From Lentisphaerae bacterium RIFOXYA12_64_32 (GTDB taxonomy: Bacteria > Verrucomicrobiota > Lentisphaeria > Oligosphaerales > YB12-FULL-65-16): 64,000 nt of DNA. The first letter of the stretch is position 1. Every line of letters starts with the position of its first letter. Positions 57,575-64,000 of the stretch are shown piece by piece. The stretch is taken from NCBI GenBank assembly GCA_001803235.1, contig MHBL01000459.1, positions 4,840-68,839 on the forward strand, written 5' to 3'. Under the pieces are notes generated by a model. That model saw nothing but the letters and a program-made list of their open reading frames with translations, was not told where the DNA came from and did not search any database. The translations under genes were made by a program, and so were the position numbers.

Positions 57575-57654
57575 CCAGAGCCCGCGAGGACGCGGGCGCT
57601 CCAGGAGTTGGCACGGGGCCTGACTTGGAGCGCCCGCGTTCTCGCGGGCTCTGG
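57575..57654. repeat. GGAG-REP inverted doublet (REPIN-like)
   Basis: 29-bp arms CCAGAGCCCGCGAGGACGCGGGCGCTCCA and its reverse complement (1 mismatch); same unit as 4168-4236. Confidence 0.8.
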
Positions 57655-57715
57655 AAGCGACGTTGTCAGTTTCACCTTGGCATGACCGGGCGGGATCCCG
57701 CCCGGGGGGACTCTG

Positions 57716-59053
57716 ATGCCCGAAACCACCTCTTCCTGTACCAGTACTTCCACGAAACCGGGCTGGCCCGAGCTTGCCGCTCTCGCCTACCTGGCGCTGC
57801 TGCCGTTGAACATCCAGCTCCGCGGACCGCTTTTTGCTCACGACCTGCTGGTCCCCGTGCTGGTCGCGGCCGTGCTCCGCTCCGGACGACTGCGGGATGC
57901 ATTTCGGCTTCCGGGGCTGCTGCTGACCGTATTTCTGGGCCTGGCCGGCCTGGCAACCCTCTGCCACGGGTTGGCTCGCCGCGACCTGTATGAGCTTGCC
58001 ATCTTCGCGTATATGGCGGTGGTATTCTGGTTCTTCCGCACCGTTGAACTGGACCGGAAGCGCCTCCACTGGCTGGGCCTGACGATCCTGACGGTCTTTT
58101 GCGCGTACGCGGCGGGGCAGGCGGTCCTGGGCGTCCACGACACCTATGCCGCCTACGAGGGAACGACCCTCGGTTTCATGGCGAAGCGGTTCTTTTTCAC
58201 GTTCGCCCATCCGAACCTTGCGGGCTCCTACTACGTGCTGCCTGTCCTGTGCATCATGTTGGCGTACTACGCGGGGTCAGGCCTTGGCATTTGCAATTGG
58301 CTACCTGCCAATTGCAAATGCCAAGGCCTGACCCCGGAGTGGGGGTTGCGGCTCCTGCTCGTGGGGGTTCTGTGCGTGCCGCTGCTTCTGACGGTTAGCC
58401 GGCACATGCTTATCAGCCTGGCGGTGATCCTGCCGTTTGCCCTCGGGCCGGTGGTCGGCGTGCGCCGTGGGACCGTGTTTCCGGCCAGCGGAACCGTTCT
58501 CGCCCTTGTTTTCGGCCTGTTCTATCTCACGCTCCTGGTGCCGTTCTTCCCCCTCCAGCGCGAGTTTCCGTTCTTCAATCATGCCACATGGGGTATGTAT
58601 ACGATCCATCAGGTGGTCTACGGCAAGATGATCCTGCTGGATCTGAAGTCGTTTTTCATGGGTGTCGGTCGCGCCGGCGTGTACGACCTGTACCCGCAGT
58701 TGGTGAATGTGGAGGGGGCGCGGGCCATCCTGGCTCAGTACAAGAGCGAGTTTTGCATGCCTGCGTTCACCACCTACATGGACGCACACAACGAGTACCT
58801 GAACCTCGCCACAGCCTTCGGCGTGCCCGCGATGGCGGCCTGCTACGCCTTCTGGATCGCCGCGGCGGGCGCCGTACCGCGGCGCAACCGCTGGCACGGC
58901 CTGCTCTGCCTGTTCGTCGCGGCGGTGTGCCTGGCCTCACTGTGGGATGACCTTCTGAGCAAGCGTTGGATCTGGGCGTCGCTGGGGATTCTGGTTGGGC
59001 AGGCGGACCGGGCCGCGGCGGCCACTGACAAGGGAGAGGGGCATGGATCTTAG
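57716..59053 (+). CDS. O-antigen polymerase/ligase-like membrane protein
   Basis: Multiple TM segments, TFAHPN motif, large loop ending DAHNEYLNLA.AFGVP. Confidence 0.7.
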   Translation: MPETTSSCTSTSTKPGWPELAALAYLALLPLNIQLRGPLFAHDLLVPVLVAAVLRSGRLRDAFRLPGLLLTVFLGLAGLATLCHGLARRDLYELAIFAYMAVVFWFFRTVELDRKRLHWLGLTILTVFCAYAAGQAVLGVHDTYAAYEGTTLGFMAKRFFFTFAHPNLAGSYYVLPVLCIMLAYYAGSGLGICNWLPANCKCQGLTPEWGLRLLLVGVLCVPLLLTVSRHMLISLAVILPFALGPVVGVRRGTVFPASGTVLALVFGLFYLTLLVPFFPLQREFPFFNHATWGMYTIHQVVYGKMILLDLKSFFMGVGRAGVYDLYPQLVNVEGARAILAQYKSEFCMPAFTTYMDAHNEYLNLATAFGVPAMAACYAFWIAAAGAVPRRNRWHGLLCLFVAAVCLASLWDDLLSKRWIWASLGILVGQADRAAAATDKGEGHGS

Positions 59054-60209
59054 CGTTGTGTTCCCCTGTCTGAACGAGGAGCAGACCTTGGGCTTCTGCA
59101 TCGGCGAGGTGCGGAATGCTCTCGAGTCGACCGGCATCAGCTACGAAATCGTCGTCGCCGACAACGGCAGCACCGACGGCTCGATGCGCGTGGCCGAAAG
59201 CGCCGGGGCGCGAGTCGTGCCGGTCGCCGAGAAGGGATACGGGGCCGCGGTCAATGGTGGAATTGTCGCTGCCCAGGGAAAGTATGCGATCTTCGCAGAC
59301 GCAGACGGCAGCTACCGGCTCGGCGACGCACCGGCGTTGTATCGCAAGGCGGAAGAGGCCAGTGCCGACATGGTGGTGGCTTCCCGGCTGAAGGGCGAGA
59401 TCGAGCCAGGCGCCATGCCGCCGCTACACCGGTACCTGGGCACGCCGGTGCTGACCTGGCTCATCAACCGGCTCTACGGGGGCCGCCTGTCCGACTGCAA
59501 TTCCGGCTTCCGGTGTGTGCGCCGGGACGCCTATGAGTCGTGGGGGATTCGGGCCAGCGGCATGGAATTCGCCAGCGAGCTGCTGGTCAAGGCCCTGAAA
59601 CACCGCGCCGTCATTGTAGAGGTGCGGTCCGGACTGCGCCCCGACCGCCGGTCCAGGCCACCGCACCTGCGCACGTGGCGAGACGGCATGCGCCACCTGC
59701 TGTTCATCCTCTCCGAGCGCCCGGAGCTGTTCGAATGGACCGGGCTGGCACTGCTCGTCGCAACCTCACTGCTGCAGGTCTTGGCATTCGCCGTCGGTCC
59801 GACCCGGATCGGATGCCTCAACGTGTTCGACTATCACAGCCAGGCGCTGTTGATTCCTCTCGGCTGCGCCGGCATCCAGCTCTACCTTTTCAGTTGCTAC
59901 CTCTTTCTCTCGGGGACGGACCACTCCACCGCCCTGACACGTAACCTGCTCCGACTGAATGAGGCGTGGCTCCTGCTGCTGCTGCTCGGGCTCTGCTCGG
60001 TCGAAGGCCTCGGCCTGCTGTGGATCCTGTGGAAGTGGACCCAATCGCACTTCGCCAATATCGACCTGATCCGCGCCGTCCTGTTCGTGACTCATTTCCT
60101 GTGCGTGCTCGGATTCCTCAGTGTCGGACTGCTGGGCATCCATGTGTTCAAGAACCGGTACAGGCAACTTGGTGGCCCGTTGCGGGACGGGGCAGGCAAG
60201 AGCGGGTGA
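59043..60209 (+). CDS. DPM1-like GT2 glycosyltransferase with C-terminal TM helices
   Basis: SVVFPCLNEE, ADNGSTDGS, KGYG, DADGSY, GSR-equivalent ASRLKG, SDCNSGFR, GMEFASE, HLRTWRDGMRHL. Confidence 0.9.
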   Translation: MDLSVVFPCLNEEQTLGFCIGEVRNALESTGISYEIVVADNGSTDGSMRVAESAGARVVPVAEKGYGAAVNGGIVAAQGKYAIFADADGSYRLGDAPALYRKAEEASADMVVASRLKGEIEPGAMPPLHRYLGTPVLTWLINRLYGGRLSDCNSGFRCVRRDAYESWGIRASGMEFASELLVKALKHRAVIVEVRSGLRPDRRSRPPHLRTWRDGMRHLLFILSERPELFEWTGLALLVATSLLQVLAFAVGPTRIGCLNVFDYHSQALLIPLGCAGIQLYLFSCYLFLSGTDHSTALTRNLLRLNEAWLLLLLLGLCSVEGLGLLWILWKWTQSHFANIDLIRAVLFVTHFLCVLGFLSVGLLGIHVFKNRYRQLGGPLRDGAGKSG

Positions 60210-60245
60210 GTCGTCGCGAAATGGGGGCCGGAGCGGCCCGCAAAT

Positions 60246-62297
60246 GTGAATCCCAAAGTTCACCAAACCATTCACGGCCCTTCTGCGGTCTGTCACCACC
60301 AGCCGACGCCCGCCCGGCGGCGCTTGGCGGTGCAGGCCGTCACTTTGCTGCTTGGGCTTCTTGGCGTCCCGTTCTTCGCTGCCGCCGGAACGACCCTCGA
60401 GATTACCCCGGCGACACCCCTTTTCGCCGCGCCGTCGATCGCCGCCAAGGTGATCCGGGTCGTTGACTCCGATACGACCCTGGACGTGCTGGAGACCCGG
60501 AACGTCTTCGTCGAAGAGAATCCTGCCGTAAGACTCCAGCGGGAGTGGCACCCGTTGCTGATGGCCGCGCAGTTCCACAGGGTCCGTCTTGACCCGACGA
60601 CCGAGGCATGGGTGAGTCAGGATTTCCGATACGACACCGAGACCCGTCTGGTGGTGCCGGTCTGCTACCCGTATGCCCGATTCATGTTCCTCTATGCGCT
60701 GGCCTGCATCGGGTTTGCCGGCCTGTTGCTGTACGGCGCGCGGCGCGGGCACTTGAGGGAGGTGTTCCGCGGTGGACACGAGCTGATCTTCACGCGTGCG
60801 ACCGGTGTTTGGTGCGTCGTTCTGATCGTCACGTTGCGCCTGCTTCTCCTGGCCTGGGTCCGACTGAACGCGGGCAATCTCTTCCCGCGTCCGGTCGACG
60901 AGCTTGGCTACTTCAACGTTGGGGCCGGGATCCTCAGCGGGCGTTTCGGAGAGCCCTGGAATTTCACGATCGGATTGCCCATCCTCTACATCCCCGTGAT
61001 GGCGGCCCTGCGCATTTCGAATCACGACGACATGGCCGTCTGCTTCTCGTTCGTCAACAGTGTGGTTTTTTTCCCTGCCGCGCTGGTCCTGGTCTTTTGG
61101 GTCGTGCAACGCCTCGCCAAGGCGTCGCGGCCGGCCCTCGTCGTCGCGCTGCTGTGGGCCGTGCTCCCGTTCTTCTATTTCCCCGTGGAGTTCCACTCGA
61201 CGTCGCCGACGGTCGAGCCCCTGTTCAAGAGCGTGTTTGCCACGCCCGACTTCGATTCGGCCAGTTACCGGCTGTACTACATCTTCACCGCGGTCGGTCT
61301 CAATGGCATGAGCGAAGCGGCGTCCGCCCTGTTCATCCTGTTGACCGTTTACCTGGCGCTGTCTCTCGAGCCGGGGACACGGCAAGTGCTGATCGTGGGC
61401 GGGCTCTTTGGGTTCGCGTGCATGATTCGCATCAACAACATCTTCTTTGCGCCGCTGCTGGCGTACCTGTTTTGGGTCGGAAACAAGGCGGCCGGTGCAG
61501 GGCTCGGCGACAACCTCCGGCGTGCGCTCATGGCCGTCGTGGCATTCATCGTGGTGTTCTCACCGCAGTTCGTCCTGAACCAAGTCCAGTTCGGGAACCC
61601 CTTGACGTTTCCGTACGTCCTGCACAGCACGGGCGCCGCCAGAGGATTCGAACTCTCATGCCTGCCGCGGGGAATCCCGCTCATCGTCGGGTGCAACTAT
61701 GTGCTGATGAGCGCTGCCGCCGTGGGGTTGCTGTTCTTCCGGAGCCGCTTTCTCAGGAACACCCTGGGGTTGTGGGCTATCCCCTTGGTCGTTTTTTTCG
61801 CGGGCTATGCCGTTGCGGGCGCGAGCCCGATCCGGTTCATTCTGACGGCGCACCCAGCGCTCATCGCGGCCTTCGTCTGCACCGACGTCTGGACGGAGGC
61901 GGACTGGAAGTGCCGTCTCGCGGCGGCCGCGATCGTGACGGCCAATTTCGTGCTGGTCTCGCCGGTCGCACGGTTCACTCCGTCGTTCCCGTTCGCGCTC
62001 GAGCAGTGGGCCGGTGGCATCATGGTGGCTCGGCACCTGGCGATCTGGGTTCCGCTGCTCTCGGTCGGGGTGGCCGTGTTTGTCCTCCGTGGCGCACCCC
62101 GCCTTCTTGTTTTCGTGATCGCCATTCTGACGCTCTTCAATGCCGGCAGTCCCCAGTTTGTCTTTGCGTTGTTACTCGGCGTCTTGGGGTGGATTGGTTT
62201 CGACTGGGCGCGCGACGGCGCCGTGACCCTGAGGACACCGCCCTGCAGGCCGTCGGGCAGCGAACCCCAAACATCGGGTTGCGCGGGGGGGGGCTGA
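60246..62297 (+). CDS. Membrane protein: signal-like N-terminus, SH3-like soluble domain, GT-C-like TM region
   Basis: Hydrophobic leader, soluble segment (LDVLETR...AWVS), DELGY loop, SEAAS...IRINN motifs, many TM segments. Confidence 0.55.
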   Translation: MNPKVHQTIHGPSAVCHHQPTPARRRLAVQAVTLLLGLLGVPFFAAAGTTLEITPATPLFAAPSIAAKVIRVVDSDTTLDVLETRNVFVEENPAVRLQREWHPLLMAAQFHRVRLDPTTEAWVSQDFRYDTETRLVVPVCYPYARFMFLYALACIGFAGLLLYGARRGHLREVFRGGHELIFTRATGVWCVVLIVTLRLLLLAWVRLNAGNLFPRPVDELGYFNVGAGILSGRFGEPWNFTIGLPILYIPVMAALRISNHDDMAVCFSFVNSVVFFPAALVLVFWVVQRLAKASRPALVVALLWAVLPFFYFPVEFHSTSPTVEPLFKSVFATPDFDSASYRLYYIFTAVGLNGMSEAASALFILLTVYLALSLEPGTRQVLIVGGLFGFACMIRINNIFFAPLLAYLFWVGNKAAGAGLGDNLRRALMAVVAFIVVFSPQFVLNQVQFGNPLTFPYVLHSTGAARGFELSCLPRGIPLIVGCNYVLMSAAAVGLLFFRSRFLRNTLGLWAIPLVVFFAGYAVAGASPIRFILTAHPALIAAFVCTDVWTEADWKCRLAAAAIVTANFVLVSPVARFTPSFPFALEQWAGGIMVARHLAIWVPLLSVGVAVFVLRGAPRLLVFVIAILTLFNAGSPQFVFALLLGVLGWIGFDWARDGAVTLRTPPCRPSGSEPQTSGCAGGG

Positions 62298-62419
62298 GGC
62301 GGGGCATGGAACGTCTTGACGAGAGCGCGCCGGGGGCGCGCCGGAGACGCATTGCCCGTCTCACAATAGTCTTCAGCCCGTGAGAAGGTTCTGGACAAGG
62401 TTTGGCATAGCGACAATGA

Positions 62420-62690
62420 CGACCCGTGCGGGTGAATCTGGTCACGGCACCGTTCGTAGTGGTGTCGCAGTCCCGGTCCCGCCTGACAGGCGGGATCCGC
62501 CGGGCAAGACACCATCTCGACACCACGCGGCCGCAACACGCCCGGCTTCGGTCAGAAACTTCTCCGCGACACGCCAGATGGGCTCTTGGCGCTCCACTTC
62601 GTTCCGCGCACTGCGAGCCCACTACGAACAGGCGCATCCTGGCGTCCATGGCGGGGCTTCTTCTCTCTCAAGATTTACCCGCACAGGTCG
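62420..62690 (-). mobile_element. MITE, CGACCTGTGC family, interior type A (reverse orientation)
   Basis: TIRs at 62420-62439 and 62671-62690; perfect TSD GACAATGA at 62412-62419 and 62691-62698. Confidence 0.88.
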
Positions 62691-62705
62691 GACAATGATA
62701 AGACG

Positions 62706-63455
62706 ATGAGTCCGAACTACGGCGTCATCACCATCTGCCTGAACGCGGCCGGCACGCTGCGCCGCTGCCTGGACTCGGTCCTGAGCCAGACAGCGCCGCC
62801 GGCGCAGTACGTGCTCGTCGACGGTGGTTCGACGGACGGGTCGCTTGAGATCCTGCGGGAGGCCGTAACGGCAGCGCCGTCGCGTTGGCCTTCGACCGAG
62901 GTGCGCCTGCTGCAGCAAACGGCCGGCGGCGGGATTCCGGCGGCGTGGAACCTGGGCCTGCGCGAACTCCGCACCGATGTGGTCTTCATCTTGAACAGCG
63001 ACGACTGGTACGCGCCCGACACCGGAGCCGTCGTGCTCGAATTCTTCACCGCCCACCCGGACGCGGACCTGCTGGCGACCGGGGTCCGTTTCTGTACCGG
63101 TCCGGATGACCCCGGAGCGGTGATAGCGTACCCGAAATCGTTCCGTCTGTTTCCGTTTCTCATGCCGGTGATGCATCCCGGCTGTTTCGTGCGCCGCTCC
63201 GTCTACGAGCGGCTGGGCCTGTTTGACGAGTCGCTCAGCATCTCGGCGGACTACGATTTTGTCTATCGCTGTTTCAGAAGCGGCATGAGGATCGCGACAC
63301 TCGGGAAATCGTTCACCAGCATGCAGATCGGTGGCCGGGCCGGCCGCAGTCGGCCAACGGCGCGGCGCGAGACCCTGCAGGTGGGCCTGCGCCACTCGCG
63401 GTTTGCCTTACTGCCCTGGATGGCATACGGTCTGAGGGTCATCCTGGGCCGGTAA
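62706..63455 (+). CDS. GT2 glycosyltransferase (WfgS/WcaE-like)
   Basis: VITICLN, VDGGSTDGS, AWNLG, LNSDDW, HPGCFVRR, ADYDF. Confidence 0.9.
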   Translation: MSPNYGVITICLNAAGTLRRCLDSVLSQTAPPAQYVLVDGGSTDGSLEILREAVTAAPSRWPSTEVRLLQQTAGGGIPAAWNLGLRELRTDVVFILNSDDWYAPDTGAVVLEFFTAHPDADLLATGVRFCTGPDDPGAVIAYPKSFRLFPFLMPVMHPGCFVRRSVYERLGLFDESLSISADYDFVYRCFRSGMRIATLGKSFTSMQIGGRAGRSRPTARRETLQVGLRHSRFALLPWMAYGLRVILGR

Positions 63456-63494
63456 CCGTCCGTCCGCTCCGCGATCGTCAGCAACGACGGACGG
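63456..63494 (+). terminator. Possible hairpin after the GT2 gene
   Basis: CCGTCCGTC at 63456-63464 pairs with GACGGACGG at 63486-63494; no U-tract. Confidence 0.25.
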
Positions 63495-63683
63495 TGGCGC
63501 GGGACCTCCGGGACCGCAGTGGGGTACCTCGGTTCGTCCCGAACCGAGACCCTCGGCCGGGGATCCGTCTTCGCCCAGGCAGCTTCGCCGGACAAGCCCG
63601 GCCGACGCACCCTGCTTCGGCGCGGGACGCGCCGAGCCACTGCGGCCGTACCTATGCGAGGCTGGATTTAGCCGCGCAGGTTG
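63494..63683 (-). repeat. Type B hairpin repeat with a single CGACCTGTGC-like end (reverse orientation)
   Basis: Reverse complement of 38184-38372; ends GGATTTAGCCGCGCAGGTTG. Confidence 0.8.
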
Positions 63684-63703
63684 AAAGGCCTCAACGTACG
63701 CTC

Positions 63704-64000
63704 ATGTGCGGTATCACCGGAATCTTTCACGTCAGTGATGGCGACGGCACGGCGCCGTGGCATGATCTGCTACGGTCGATGACCGCCGCCTTGGCACACC
63801 GTGGTCCGGACGACGAAGGCATCGAGGCGGGCGGGTTCTGGGGCCTGGGGACGCGGCGTCTGGCCATCATCGGCGTCCCGTCCGGCCATCAGCCGATGGC
63901 CAATGAGGACCGTACACTGTGGGTGACCTTCAATGGCGAGATTTACAACCACAACGTCTTGCGGCGGAAGCTGAAAGAGCAAGGACACCAGTTCCGGACG
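63704..64000 (+). CDS. asnB: Second asparagine synthase-like amidotransferase (5' part, runs off the window)
   Basis: Manually translated MCGITGIF...AHRGPDDEG...RRLAIIG...GHQPMANED...TFNGEIYNH; absent from the ORF track because it has no stop in the window. Confidence 0.88.
   Translation, partial: MCGITGIFHVSDGDGTAPWHDLLRSMTAALAHRGPDDEGIEAGGFWGLGTRRLAIIGVPSGHQPMANEDRTLWVTFNGEIYNHNVLRRKLKEQGHQFRT

Noticed and set aside
9411-63683. Repeats as a CRISPR array
   Set aside because: The copies are dispersed, variable in length and lack regular unique spacers; no cas genes are present.
1-64000. rRNA, tRNA, transposase or RAYT genes
   Set aside because: None were recognised by eye; a covariance-model or HMM search would be needed to exclude them formally.

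Overview
High-GC bacterial window. A PVC-superphylum origin (for example Lentisphaerae-like) is only a guess from gene content. Positions 1-9.4 kb hold a metallophosphoesterase, a GH20-like hydrolase, a Phd/VapC toxin-antitoxin pair, a GH31 hydrolase and Lon protease. From about 9.9 kb to the window end is one co-directional (+ strand) surface-polysaccharide locus that continues past 64 kb. It combines an EPS-type winged-helix regulator, a carbamoyltransferase, a PIG-L deacetylase, a nonulosonic-acid module (NeuB/NeuA-like), a Wzx flippase and a complete aminoethylphosphonate module. That module has PEP mutase fused to an NTP-transferase, phosphonopyruvate decarboxylase, an NTP-transferase fused to AEP transaminase, and a CDP-alcohol phosphotransferase. 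The locus also carries four cobalamin-type radical SAM enzymes, several methyltransferases, two AsnB-type amidotransferases, GT2/GT4 enzymes and GT-C-like membrane proteins. Most of the larger intergenic gaps are filled by miniature non-coding elements. I read four terminal-inverted-repeat (TIR) 'shell' types with target-site duplications (TSDs): CGACCTGTGC..., GTRACTACTCAG..., GGCANGGTTCA... and GGGCGTGTCGATTTA. The shells carry interchangeable REP/REPIN-like hairpin interiors, nest inside one another, and land on start or stop codons. In several cases they have rewritten gene C-termini. No transposase, rRNA, tRNA or CRISPR array was seen. All coordinates and matches were read by eye; no database searches were run.
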